Shown in pieces: positions 1 to 13,817 of a stretch of 64,000 nucleotides of DNA. The DNA is taken from positions 187,612,001 to 187,676,000 of the forward strand of contig OZ024742.1 of the NCBI GenBank assembly GCA_964016885.1, in the 5' to 3' direction. Numbering within the stretch: the first letter of the stretch is position 1; each line of letters opens with the position of its first letter. The position numbers were made by a program, and so were the translations under genes. The notes under the pieces are model-generated. The model was not told where the DNA came from and searched no databases. It was given only the letters and a program-made list of their open reading frames with translations. The stretch is from Eledone cirrhosa (taxonomy: Eukaryota).

Positions 1-414
1 TACAAATCCCATAGGTTATAAAATAAATAGGATGGCTTAGGGTCTCAATATCTGTTATCTCCTTATGGATAAACGAATACACTGCAACAGCATAATAATA
101 TAATCGAAACAAACGGCAGTAACCATACGTAACGGAACAACAATCTTTTGAGAAACAACAATCCAACACGCTAACTTGAACTGTAAACTTGAACTCCAAC
201 TTTGACTATCAACACACAAACTGTGGAACCAATACCAACTTTTTCCACTTACTCAGGCCGCTACTATTTATATGTAGTGGTCCAGCCCATTCTCACCAGG
301 GGTGGGGGCGCCGTACTCTCACACAACAATATGTAAACTAAACTAATTCTGTATTTTAATCTAAAATCAACGGTGACAACCTAGAAAAATTACCAATTTT
401 ACAATCCCCTGCTT
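1..414 (-). mobile_element. possible LTR end with polypurine tract
   Basis: Minus strand reads aagcaggggat-TGTAAAA at 414-397, resembling a PPT followed by a TG LTR start; TATAAATA on minus near 265-272. The other end is outside the window. Confidence 0.25.
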
Positions 415-1141
415 ATTCCAACCTCCTAAAATTTGTGCCCCCTGAATGAATATTATTCTTAAATGGACGTACTAAATTGGATGTAATTAGCGTCATATTG
501 ATCGTTAACTGAGATATATATTAAGAAGTGCGCTTATCAGCTGAATTGAATGACACAATTATATCTGAATATATAAAGGGGCTAACCGAAATTCACATCT
601 GACGTATTTAAAATGTGTATGTCTATATACACAATAGCGCAGTTCGGCTACGCACTCGGCATGCATGAGGATTGGAGCGTCTTCACAGACAATTGCCGTC
701 TCTTATTGATTCTTCATTGTAATCCCAACTTCGTCCATGACTTTGCAGACCAACTGTAGTTCGGCATGTTTTACACAGGTGACAGAAGAGTTATGCTTTC
801 CACGGGACAATCTTTATGGACCACCATGTGTTCTTTTTAGTCAGGAACTAGTTATAAATACTTTGTTGCATATCATACACTGTTTCAATAGGGCCTTGTT
901 GAGTGGTGTTGCGGCCGGCTATCCTTTCATGTGACTTCTGGTGATTAACATAACCAGCCTTTGAGAGGAGTACACACTGTATATATATATACATACATAC
1001 ATACAAATAAACAAACAAACAAACAAGCAAACAGGTCGATGGCTACAATGCCATCGCTTGATACTTATTCATGAGCAGCACGGAAGTGGCTATTTTATCC
1101 CGCTAGGGCCTTCCCTATAGCCAGCAATGCAAAATGTTTTC

Positions 1142-1729
<588 letters not shown>

Positions 1730-2779
1730 CAACTGCGTGATGAAGGTTTATGAACCGTAATTTTACGGTTCGACAAAAAGCATTTGATATTACCTAGCTT
1801 AAAAATAAATATGTATTGCTGTCGATATATTGAACTAGATTTCTTTAGAGCAGTTTTCCACTATCGTTTCCGTCTAATGACTGAAACCAGAGGTAAAAGT
1901 ATATATCTGTTTGCATGTATGGCTGTGTTTGTGTGTGTATATATGTGTTCGTGTGTGTGATTATATGCATAACCGAAATATCATGAAGGTTTTGAACTAT
2001 CATTCAATGCCCCCTTTTCTAGATAGAACTAGGTGTCCCGAGAAATAATATTGATTTCTAATATTGGCTGTAGGCCACATTCTACGTTGGTGGAGATATA
2101 ATCGATTTTAGCGACTTCATTATTTAAATGGTATCTCACTTAATAGACTCCTGTATTTTAAAAGTCAAAGTGGACATCAAATCGATTTCAAATCTGAACC
2201 TAAAATGCCATAACGAAATTTCTCTGTTGCTCTATTGATTGTCAATTTACTGCCCTAAAATGAAAATGGAACTCTTGAAAAAGGCCCTCGGTGGGATTCA
2301 AGTTCAAAGCGTAAACGACCTTCGCTAAACAATACAGTCCTGCAGTGTATTTGATGTTCTAATGTTTCCGGGAAACACGGCAGCCAGAAATGATAATACC
2401 AAATACCGGAGCGTTGGAGCCGACCCCGGTAACTATATTTCTGTTGAAATTTCTATTACTGATACTGTTTCTCAGTCGCAACTCCTGGCTCAATTATCTC
2501 ACCATTTCCAGGGACCGCGAGGCAGGATTTGAACTGAGAACATATAGAGCCGTAACTGAATCTGCAAAACATGCCGTCCAACGTTTTAAAATCAAGCTAT
2601 TGGGACTGGTACTTTGTTTATCGATCTCGAAAAAATGAAAAGCTAATCTCAGCGAGATTTAAACTCAGAGCGTATGGTAGCCAGAACAAATATGAAGCGT
2701 TTCAATTCGATACTTTAACGAACACGCCAAACAACTTCCCTAAAATGATGCAATGGAATTCAGTAAATTTTGACGGTAA

Positions 2780-3085
2780 ATACTCGTGTTGCTCGATCAA
2801 CCTAAGAGACTGAGCAGAAAATTAACGTTCATATGGCTCAGTATTTTGGAGACATGTCGTTTTAACTTAATTCTCTGGTAAACTCAGCGTAATAATTTGT
2901 TTGAAGGCCGGACATTCGGAATACAAATACAAGCCATCGGTCGAGCTTCGCACAATTTCCGTCTACCCAATTATACTCACAAGATATCGTCGACACTAGG
3001 CTATTATAAATTACACTTACCCATGATGAGATGCAGCTGGAATCTTACAGTTGCAATGCGAACGTCTTAATCATTCGGACATGTT
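2780..3085 (-). mobile_element. decayed tRNA-derived SINE (family with caatttccgtctacccaatt..actcacaag)
   Basis: Similar segments at about 3720-3870 and 50555-50700. Confidence 0.5.
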
Positions 3086-4830
3086 GAGTCCTATGAAGAG
3101 TATATAAAACTACTTGCTGAATGCCAGTGTTTACAAGGCAAGTGAAAGTAATATTTCAAACGGTGTAAATGTTACACAAATGAATTGGTAATAAGTTGAC
3201 TGTTATCTGGAGCTAGCACGTTTAAACATGCAGGATGTGTTAAAGCAACCAGTAATCAGTTACGCCTGTCACTTTCACGTCATGTTCAATGAAGAAATTT
3301 GAAAGACGTTAAGACTTTATTGCATTAGTGAAGTCAGTATGACTGGGAGTAAAAATAGCTTTTCAACTATACTAGCTGGATCGATCCTGCTTTTATAGTA
3401 AAAGTAAGGTTTTACTGCGTACATATAACGCCTAGATGCGTGTATGTGTATTCAAGCTGACATCAACACATTTAAGCTCCAGAAATAAGGCGAAGTGCTA
3501 ATATAACATTCATGCATACATTTGTAGAGATGCTCCATCGATTTCGACGATGAGCATTCAATCTTTTGGTCAACTGAATATATCAACTTAGTTGATGAAC
3601 ATGGTTGAATTTTCCATAGACATGTGTAACCTTAACAGATATCTGAGCTTGAACCATTGTAAAAGCCTGTGGCAAGGGAGGGCATTTGAATTACACATAC
3701 AATTCATCCGATTGACTTTCATACAATTTCCCTCTGGCCAGTATCACTTACGTGGCTTGTGTTTAGCTGTGGCTATGGTAAGGAAACTGGTCGAAGATGC
3801 CAGGCAGTTAGATCGAAACAGAGGCACCATGATTGTGATGCAAATTTCTCAGCTACGTCTGTATACATTAGAATACATGGGAACATCTTACCGTTTTGAG
3901 CTTTATAATGTTAGGATATATTAATGAAATTTAAATGCTTTTTCCAGGTCAAAATTCTAAATATCAATATTTTACATCTAAATATTATCTACTATAACTG
4001 CTATATTCAATTCTAAATAATAACTATGTTGTACGTCTAGTATACTCTAGATTGCATGAACCGTGAAGGTACGTGTGTGTTTAGAGTTTTTGAATAAAAT
4101 CGTCACTTTCATGTCCGGCAACACATCATTTCCTTGAGAAAGACACTGCTTTATGTCATTTCAGTCAACTGAGCTGACAAAGTGCGTTGGCCTTGCATTT
4201 TAAATGAGCAAGCGTGCCACATGCTGTGTAATAGCGAATCTCCGTAAAAAATACGTTAACTCTGTACGTATATGTGGAAAGCTCAGCTCCTTGCGCGTTA
4301 AATTCAGTAGCAGTATGTTTCCTTGTGTGAACAACTTGAAAACTCATCATCTGAAACGACTATGGTCCAACACATTTAATAAACTAATATGCTGGAGCCC
4401 AGTATGCTGAACGTTCGTTTGAAAGTAATGTATAAATCGATTTTATCACTGAGTCTAAAAAGATAAAAATCTTTAATAAAATATATACGGGTACACAATA
4501 TAAAATTATGAACCGGACTATGTTTGTTTTTCACACGTAAATAGCGCTTCAGCAAATAGAGATCGATAAAATAAGTACCAGGTTTTAAAATATAAAGAAG
4601 GTGTGAGGTCGATAGGAACAACTAACTCCCATGAAATGGTGCCACGGCAGTATAATGAGTGAAACCAGTAAAATACCGAGCTGGTACTTTATTTTATAGA
4701 TAATGAGGGTTTAAAGAAATTATTAAAATATCATTGTTATCTTTAATCACTTCCATATGTTAGCAACGGACATAAACTGCAGAATTTCTCTTATGCAAAC
4801 CATTAATTCTCCCATTTGTATGGTTGTTCA

Positions 4831-5159
4831 GAACACATCACGAACGAGGGGGTCCACAAGAGAATCACCCTGCACGTGAGCCACAGTGAAAATCTGCTAA
4901 CCACGGTGAAGAGGAGGAAACTGAGGTGGTATGAGCATGTAACAAGAACAGACGGATTCTCCAATGAACAGTGAAGGGAAAGAGAAGGCGGGGCAGTCAG
5001 AGGAAGTTGTAGGCAGTCAACACAGCTGAGTAGACAGGAAAGAACTTTGCTACAACCCAGGCACTCGCCCATGTCCGCCAGAGATGGAGGCTGTTGGTGC
5101 AGCGTTCAACACTGCAATGTCGTCCCAACGACCCCGAAATGGGTTAATAGACCATGATG
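4831..5159 (+). mobile_element. RTE-clade LINE 3' fragment
   Basis: Translates as EHITNEGVHKRI..ENLLTTVKRRKLRWYEHVTR..VKGKRRRGSQRK..RWRLLVQRS, the typical RTE ORF C-terminus, with stops and deletions. Confidence 0.85.
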
Positions 5160-5592
5160 AAAATCAATATCATATATCTGGTAATAGTATTATAAACACA
5201 AATATGGTGAACGCTATTTATTGACGGCACGGGTACGCTAGTCAATAAAGAGTAGTTTACTCAAAATATATGTTTTGCAATGGAAAAATAATTTATCAAC
5301 AAGAGAAAAATTACTACTTATATAAGTCAACTGTCTATCTATATATAATATTTAATAAACACTTTGTAGATCGTATGCCACCATCATCATCATCATCATC
5401 ATCACCAACATCATTATTATTATATTATTATTGTTATTATTACTATTACATTGTCTTCCATTGTCTAGTCGTCGATTTTATATTCGGATATTTGTAGTCA
5501 TCACGTTTGTTTTATTAAAACACACGCACACACACACACATATATACACAAAGATACATACATACATACGTACATAGATATATAAGTATATA

Positions 5593-5679
<87 letters not shown>

Positions 5680-5744
5680 GTATATATGTATGTATATATA
5701 TATATATACATACATATATGATATATATATATATATATATATGT

Positions 5745-5792
<48 letters not shown>

Positions 5793-6300
5793 GCAATAGC
5801 ACAATTTTAATGTTTGGAATAAAAGGCTGGACTTTATGATATTTTAATATATAAATGCTACGTTGGGATGCATTGCATATAAAAATATAAATGGCGATCA
5901 TGTAGTCACACTCTCACATCTTTTTTTTATTCATTTGTGAATATTTAAATATTGTTTTCGATTCAGAAATACTTTTACTGTTGCTTGAATTGATAATACA
6001 TTTTGGTATTTAATTTTAGATAGATTTACCTGTTTTGAATTTTAGATCAATGTTACTGCTAACGTTTTATATGTTAACCAGTAGCGAAACACATTCCACT
6101 CATGTAATTCTATTATAAGTGTTAAAAGATTTGTGAACTGTGTGTAAACATTATAACATAGCTCAATATGAAAAGTGAAAATTCGCAAATGAAAAAAAAA
6201 AAAAAAAAAAAAATGGTTGAAACTTTCTACATACAGGTTTTTAAAATATTTTATTTACATAGGCCTATTCTTCCCATTGTTTAAAATATTTATTTTTTCA

Positions 6301-6470
6301 TCTATATAACTAAAACAGAGAATGTATGTCTGTCTGTCTGCCTAAAGCTCGAGAACCACCCAACCGAGTTTTTTCAAACTTTACACATGTAATACTTATG
6401 GTCCTGTGCGTGTTTTGAGGAAAAGAAATTTCAAATTTTCAATGCACTAGGGACCGCATTAGTCGAGAGC
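6301..6470 (+). mobile_element. possible non-autonomous Helitron 5' part
   Basis: Starts TCTATATAACTAAAA followed by (tgtc)n and aaccacccaaccga..ttcaaactttacaca, a common Helitron-type 5' layout. Confidence 0.35.
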
Positions 6471-6656
6471 GACCTCTCTCTATAATTCTTAGTCTTTCTT
6501 CTTAGATAGATACATATATACAACGTTGCCCGCTTATAATATATGTCTGTATGTCTGGCTATCTGCATTACGACATTATGACTTCGCTATCTGTGTGTGT
6601 GTATATATATATGTATATGTATAGTATGTGTATCTATATATATTCTTCTCATTGCT

Positions 6657-6845
6657 GACGTATTATGTTCATTGCGAGGGAACGTCTTCACGAACCAAAG
6701 TCTCGTCTTCCTGTTTGCCTTCGGTTGCAACGTTTTTCTAAATATTTACTTCCGCGTTCACAGATTGATTTTTTTAGTTTCAGAAGATCCAGTTAAGGGT
6801 GAAAGCACCGATTATTTGCTTAAACTTTAATATGTTATTTTTATA
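6657..6845 (+). mobile_element. Penelope-like terminal repeat, family A copy 1, variant hammerhead at 6776-6826
   Basis: agttt-CAGAAGA-tccagttaagggt-GAAA-gca..tgc-TT-aaact; homologous to 7955-8230 and 10870-11375. Confidence 0.6.
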
Positions 6846-7408
6846 TATATATATATATATAATTATATATTTGTGTACAGATATTTTTGCATGCACAAAA
6901 ACGAAATATAAGCAAATGTGTTCATTTCACGAAAGCACAGACGGCTTTACAATAAGATTTTACGTCTTTTGTAAAAGGCTCTGATCCATTTGAGATGTAA
7001 CTCTGATTTTTAGGAAATGTTGATGTCGTAAAGAGAAGATTGCAGCATATAACATATTTATAGAGATTTCCAAATGATGCATTTTAATGTATCGTAAGAG
7101 AAGATTGCAACCCGTAACACATTTCTATATATTTCCAAATGATGCATTTTAATATTCTTACGTTTAGAAACAATATATCTCGCTGTTTTTATCCTCTTAT
7201 AATGCCTTACACGACTTTCTCTTTAATATCGCTTTGTTGTTCAATAGGAACAAAATGAAAATACATATGACAAAAACCGAAGCAATAGCTTCTTTGTTGG
7301 CAATAACTCATGATACAAACATGCACATCTGTGTTTAGAATTCTGAGCCATTCTGCCAGTATTAACTAAATTCAGACTAAATAATGTAGAAACGCACACG
7401 TATCGACA

Positions 7409-7451
<43 letters not shown>

Positions 7452-7582
7452 ACATTCAGGAGTCTGATGGCTGAGCGCAGGACGTTTTGACAGTTAGTTC
7501 CGAACTAAAGCGCCAGAAATTCCTTTTCTATATCCGACTTCGTCGGTTTATAAGCCTCATGTTTGGTTTGCGGTCGAAGTCA

Positions 7583-7673
<91 letters not shown>

Positions 7674-7684
7674 GTATATATATG

Positions 7685-7739
<55 letters not shown>

Positions 7740-7784
7740 ATATATAAAATATATATATATATATAAAATAGTAATAATAATAAT

Positions 7785-7914
7785 TCTTTCTACTTTTGGC
7801 ACAAGGCCAGCAATTATTCCAGTACATTACTGGTACTTTATTTTATCGACCCCGTAAGGATGAAAGGCAAAGTAAACCTCGACGGGGTTTGAACTCAGAC
7901 CATAAAGGGACGTA

Positions 7915-7915
<1 letters not shown>
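7785..7915 (-). mobile_element. tRNA-derived SINE (dominant family), 5'-truncated
   Basis: Reverse complement has B-box gagttcaaacccc, central gcctttcatccttacggggtcgataaaataaagtaccag and tail gctggccttgtgcc. Confidence 0.85.
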
Positions 7916-7950
<35 letters not shown>

Positions 7951-7954
7951 GTGA

Positions 7955-8230
7955 TAACTAAACTCCAAAGAGGGGTCGATAAGGATAAATATATATCAAA
8001 TATATAAGAACCACAGAAAAAATATTTATTAAAATAACAGATTAAAGTTTAAGCAAAGAATCGCTGCTTTCACCCATAACGGGATCTTCTGAAACTAAAA
8101 AAAATCAATCTGTGAACACAGAAGTAAATATTTCGAAAAACGTTGCAACCGAAGGCAAACAGGAAGACGACATTCTGGTTCGAGAAGACGTTCCGTGGCA
8201 ATGAACGGAAAGAGCGAAGATAATACGTCG
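7955..8230 (-). mobile_element. Penelope-like terminal repeat, family A copy 2, variant hammerhead at 8046-8096
   Basis: Minus: agttt-CAGAAGA-tcccgttatgggt-GAAA-gcagcgattctttgc-TT-aaact. Confidence 0.6.
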
Positions 8231-8899
8231 TTATGTTGTGCGTTGAGAACAAATATATATATATATAAATCAGGATGGATTCAGTTTGAAACTGGTTAGA
8301 CCATTACTCACCAGAGTAGTGGAGTACTTGGAGAATTAGAGTATGGTTATATTACAAAGAGTCGTGGGCCTAATAGCTGAGTTCTTGCCGTTTTAACAAC
8401 AATATATATATAAGAATAGTCTACGGCCCCACGTATCGCCCTCCCCATTGCTCTCTCATTTTCCTTCTTCTTTTCTAGCTTTAGAACAACAGCGATTTGA
8501 TTCCTGTTGCACAGTCAATAATTCTAGACATAGTCCAGGCATAGTCCCCACCTCACGCGAAAAACTATGATTCGATAACACTAAATACCTTGTTCATGTT
8601 TATCTATTGCCTCTATCTTTCTACCCATTTCTCCGTCTTTCTACATCGCTCTAATTCCTCTCTCTGTATATAGCCCCTTCATTTCTCATCTCTCTTTCTC
8701 CTTCTCTCTCAAGCACTCCGTTCGATTTGTGGTCATATCTTAAACCCCCCCTGCTCCCCAAAAGAAAAAAAACAACTATGTAAAGAGTACACCGCTGTTA
8801 CCGGCTAACTTTCGCGCTGACAATACTCAAATTTTACGAATATTCATATACACCCATTGTTTCAAAACTTTCTAATTAATGTTTATATATATATATATA

Positions 8900-9414
8900 T
8901 TCAGGTGTGAGCTTCACCACTGGATAGAGCTGGTCTATTCCGTAGGGTCAATCGTAATGCAATAATATAGAGAGTACTCAACGTAGAGCAGTTCAACCGT
9001 CTTTGCTTTTGTAGTTGGTGGTGCTATTACGGAGTTAAATATTATAATGAAATGACAGGAGGCTGGATTTGTGTAAATCCTTGAAAGGTTTATTATACTA
9101 TGATCATTTGAATGACCGGGTTCCGTATGAATCCGGTGATATCAACAGGTATTCGAAATATAATACGTGAATGTAATAGGTAAAATCCATGGGGCTGAAA
9201 ATCGAGGATCCGAGGGCGACCGCTATCCTACTCCTTCAATCTCAGCCAGTCGCCCTTGATTTTCAGCCCCATGGATTTTACCTATTACATTCACGTATTA
9301 TATTTCGAATACCTGATGATATCACCGGATTCATACGGAACCCGGTCATTGAAATGATCATAGTATAATGAACCTTTCAAGGATTTAAACAAATCCTGCC
9401 TCCTGTCATTTCAT

Positions 9415-9417
<3 letters not shown>
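8900..9417. mobile_element. fold-back Penelope-like insertion, arms 9044-9203 and 9258-9417
   Basis: About 160-bp inverted arms with 5 mismatches by eye; (TA)n on both sides; hammerhead motif in each arm. Confidence 0.8.
9309..9366 (+). ncRNA. minimal type I hammerhead ribozyme
   Basis: atac-CTGATGA(9313)-stem II with accgg/ccggt-GAAA(9351)-TGATCA palindrome-TA-gtat. Confidence 0.8.
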
Positions 9418-9492
<75 letters not shown>

Positions 9493-9497
<5 letters not shown>

Positions 9498-10099
9498 TAT
9501 TTACACGTACATACATATATGTATACAGACGCACAGTAGTATGTATATATATATATATACATGCACATATATATATATATGTACGTATGGATTCACCGAA
9601 CATTTATTATAAGTATTAAGCCGTAGTGTCCAGCAACCATCGTTTCTCGTTTGTTCAACACTGACAAAAGAACGCTGTACTAGTTTCGAGCTAATTAGCA
9701 ACGTATACCTTCCTGCCAGATTGTGCGTCTTGTATACATATATGTATGTACGTGTACATACTTATATTTAAGTAACAGCTGTACTAAGAGTGGGAAATGA
9801 AATTTCGTTTCTTTTTTCCGTTTATCGTTTTCGGTGCGCCCGGCCGATTAACCCACTCGATATGCAAATTGGGCTTCTCAGGCGTTAATATACATAAGGT
9901 AAGTATATACGTTCAACAATCTTATAATAAATGTTCGGTGAATCCATACGTACATATATATATGTGTGCATGTATGTATATATATATACATACTACTGTG
10001 CGTATGTATACATATATGTATGTACGTGTACATACTTATATTTAAGTAACAACCGTACTAAGAGTGGGAAATGAAATTTCGTTTCATTTTTTCCCTTTA
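9493..10099. repeat. compound inverted plus direct repeat
   Basis: 9493-9613 is inverted at 9921-10041; 9731-9823 is directly repeated at about 10004-10099; a related piece lies at 19764-19812. Confidence 0.8.
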
Positions 10100-10261
10100 T
10101 ATATATATATATATATATATATGTATAAAACCTATAATGTATATATATATGATGTATATATATATAATGTATATATATATACATAATGTATATATATATA
10201 TAATGTACATATCTATATAATGTACATATATATATAATGTACACATATATAATGTATATAT

Positions 10262-10298
<37 letters not shown>

Positions 10299-10378
10299 AT
10301 AGTGTGTATAAAGCATGGGTGTGGGTATAAAATAGGGTTATATATATATATACATTATATATATGTATATATATAATG

Positions 10379-10421
<43 letters not shown>

Positions 10422-10765
10422 TATATATATCGATATAATGTATATATATATAACACTATATTTTATCCACACCCATGCGTTATACACACTATTATATATA
10501 TATATATATATATATATTTGCATATATATACATTATATATATATACATTATATATACATTATATATATATATACATTATATATATACATTATATATATAT
10601 ATACATTATATATATATACATATATTCATATATATACATATATATACATAATTTCATCCTTACGGGGTCGATAAAATAAAGTACCAGTAATGCACTGATT
10701 AAGTGCTGGCCCTGTGCCTAAAGTAGAACCAATTATATATATATACATATGCATTATATATATTC

Positions 10766-10830
<65 letters not shown>

Positions 10831-10869
10831 TATATATATATAGACACTATAGTAATAATAATAAATTTG

Positions 10870-11375
10870 AAGACTAAAATCCAAAGAGAGCTCGATAAGG
10901 ATAAATATATATCAGATATATAAGAACCGTAGAGTAAATATTTATTAAAATAACAGATTAAAGTTTATGCAAAGAATCACTGCTTTCACTTTTAACGGCA
11001 TCTTCTGAAACTAAAAAAAAATCAATCTCTGACGTAGAAGTAATTTAAAAAAAACGTTGCAACCGGAGGAACACAGGAAGACGATAATTTGGTTCGTGGA
11101 AACCTTCCCTGGCAAAGAACGGAAAAAAGCGAAGATAATACGTCATTATTTTGAGCCTTGAAATCAAATAATGACGTATTATCTTCGTTTTTATCCGTTC
11201 TTTGCCAAGGAACGTTTCCACGAACCAACGTATCGTCTTCCTGTCTTCCTCCGGTTGCAATTTCCTTTGAAATATTTACTTCTGCGTTCACAGATTGACT
11301 TTTTTAGTTTCAGAAGTTCCCGTTAAGGGTGAAAGCAGCGATTCTTTGCTTAAACTTTAATCTGTTATTTTAATT
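10870..11375. mobile_element. family A fold-back insertion, arms about 10945-11153 and 11164-11375
   Basis: Diverged inverted arms; variant hammerheads at 10962-11012 (-) and 11306-11356 (+). Confidence 0.75.
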
Positions 11376-11583
11376 AATATATATACACTATATATTGATA
11401 TATGTACATTATATATATATATATATATATACATTATGTATATATATATATACATTAAATTTATATATATGTATATATATACATTATATATATATATATA
11501 CATTATATATATATATACACATTATATATATATATATATATAGACATTATATATATACATACGTTATATATATATAATGTATA

Positions 11584-11618
<35 letters not shown>

Positions 11619-11934
11619 ATGTATATATATATAATGTATATATATATATATAATGTATATATATATAATGTATATATATGTATATAATATATATATATAT
11701 TTATATACATTATCTATATATATATGTATATAATATATATATATATACATAATGTATATATATATAATGTATAATATAACGTATTTATATATATAATGTA
11801 TATATATATAATGTATATATATATACAATGTATATATATATATATAATATATATATATATAATATATATATATATATATAATATATATATATAATATATA
11901 TATATATATATTATATATATATATTATATACATT

Positions 11935-12217
11935 GTTCATGCCACGGATTTGTTTAATCACGTGATGGTCAGAATATTGTTACGAATAAATTGATAGAAA
12001 TATATCGTAAAATCAATCGTATCGGTAAGAGTTCGTATCATTGGAACGGCAAAATGGTATTCTGTTTTAATTTGGTTATATTCACACACATATATTGTAT
12101 ATATGATAACATTTAGGAGCCCGAAGGCTGAGCTCTGGCCGTTTCAACAGCGTCCCAAATATCGAGTACTTTGGTGCGTTATGGTCCACGTCGTAACTTA
12201 CCACACTCTCTTTGTTA
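11935..12217. repeat. outer arm of long-range inverted duplication (partner 15569-15805)
   Basis: gttcatgccacgga..gcgtccca is reverse-complementary to 15584-15805; contains a hammerhead 3' half. Confidence 0.85.
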
Positions 12218-12228
12218 TATATATGTAT

Positions 12229-12365
<137 letters not shown>

Positions 12366-12378
12366 CTATATATATATA

Positions 12379-12807
12379 TAATATATAAGAACAAAAGATG
12401 GTTAAAAGAGTTCCATGTATTTTATTATGCGCATATCAAAACAAATATCATCATGCAATAATATTTGTGTTTTCATCAGATAAAACAGGAAGACATGATA
12501 TGAAGGTTAAAAAGCACTTGTGGATAGTGCAGTTTTAAATCAACATATCATATGTTGATTTAAAACTGCACTATCCACAAGTGCTTTTTAACCTTCATAT
12601 CATGTCTTCCTGTTTTATCTGATGAAAACACAAATATTATTGCATGATGATATTTGTTTTTGAAATGCGCATAATAAAATACATGGAACTCTTTTAACCA
12701 TCTTTTGTTCTTATATATTATGTATAGTCCAGTCCTACAAACTGTAGAGTGCTTCTTATCCGGTATCTGCATTGCTTTATTGTACTACAATAAAACTCAC
12801 CTCCTAC

Positions 12808-12810
<3 letters not shown>
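12379..12810. mobile_element. near-perfect palindrome 12379-12720 plus 3' extension; Penelope-like insertion
   Basis: About 170-bp arms centred on C12549; only one substitution and one 1-nt indel; flanked by (TA)n. Confidence 0.85.
12613..12679 (+). ncRNA. minimal type I hammerhead ribozyme
   Basis: ttttat-CTGATGA(12619)-stem II acaaatat/atatttgt-GAAA(12662)-TGCGCA palindrome-TA-ataaaa. Confidence 0.85.
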
Positions 12811-12869
<59 letters not shown>

Positions 12870-12872
<3 letters not shown>

Positions 12873-13190
12873 ATTATGTAATAAACAACATAAGGCAATT
12901 ATTCCATTTACCAGTGGTTTCTTAAAAGCAAAAGGTTTTGCTTTCAATCCTCAGAACGGGAAAAAGCTGGTTTGTTTATTGAATTTGGATTACAAATTCA
13001 ATAAACAAACCAGCTTTTTCCCGTTCTTAGGATTGAAAGCAAAACCTTTTGCTTTTAAGAAACCACTGATAAATGGAATAATTGCCTTATGTTGTTTATT
13101 ACATAATAATGATAATTAAGGTCTGTTGCATACATAGAGCACTCTATTTTCCTGGAATTTTCCGATGGAATTACTTCATTTATTCACACA
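12870..13190. mobile_element. fold-back Penelope-like insertion, inverted repeat 12870-13110
   Basis: About 118-bp arms, 5-nt loop (12988-12992), two mismatches; flanked by (TA)n. Confidence 0.85.
12904..12959 (-). ncRNA. minimal type I hammerhead ribozyme
   Basis: Minus: ccgtt-CTGAGGA-ttgaaagcaaaa cc ttttgcttttaa-GAAA-ccactgg-TA-aatgg (GUA triplet). Confidence 0.85.
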
Positions 13191-13212
13191 TATATATATA
13201 TATATATAGAAA

Positions 13213-13402
<190 letters not shown>

Positions 13403-13445
13403 CATTTATTTATATATATATATATGTATATATATATGCGTCTGT

Positions 13446-13765
13446 ATTAGGAAACTAACACATATGTATACACAATTCTGTAAATGTATGTAAAGAACAA
13501 CTGTGTCTATATGTGTGTTTATTCTGGCGGGGGTCAGCTTCGCCTCTCATCTTACCGGGTTGGTTTAAGTACCAGTCACATACTGATATTGTTTGGTACG
13601 TTATCCCGCTCACACAATATTTCATTCTGTCTTTAAGAGAGAAATGATTTCCTAAATATAGGACACTATTTGTTATCCATACCCAACATCGAAAAGTGTG
13701 GAACGTGGACAGTAAACCTAAACCCACCACACGAAACACACTTTATCTCATGCGTTATACACACT

Positions 13766-13768
<3 letters not shown>
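13446..13768. repeat. inner arm of long-range inverted duplication (partner 15078-15399)
   Basis: About 320 bp reverse-complementary to 15078-15399; includes a decayed SINE fragment. Confidence 0.9.

Positions 13769-13817
<49 letters not shown>

Noticed and set aside
1731-1775. aactgc-GTGATGA-aggtttatgaacc-GTAA next to a TA tract
   Set aside because: Two core mismatches and no stem I or III closure.
5222-5243. Helitron-like 3' end acggcacgggtacgCTAGt
   Set aside because: The hairpin's 5' arm is missing and no matching 5' end was found upstream.
8268-8330. GAAA-ctggt..accag as a hammerhead half
   Set aside because: Followed by AG rather than UH.
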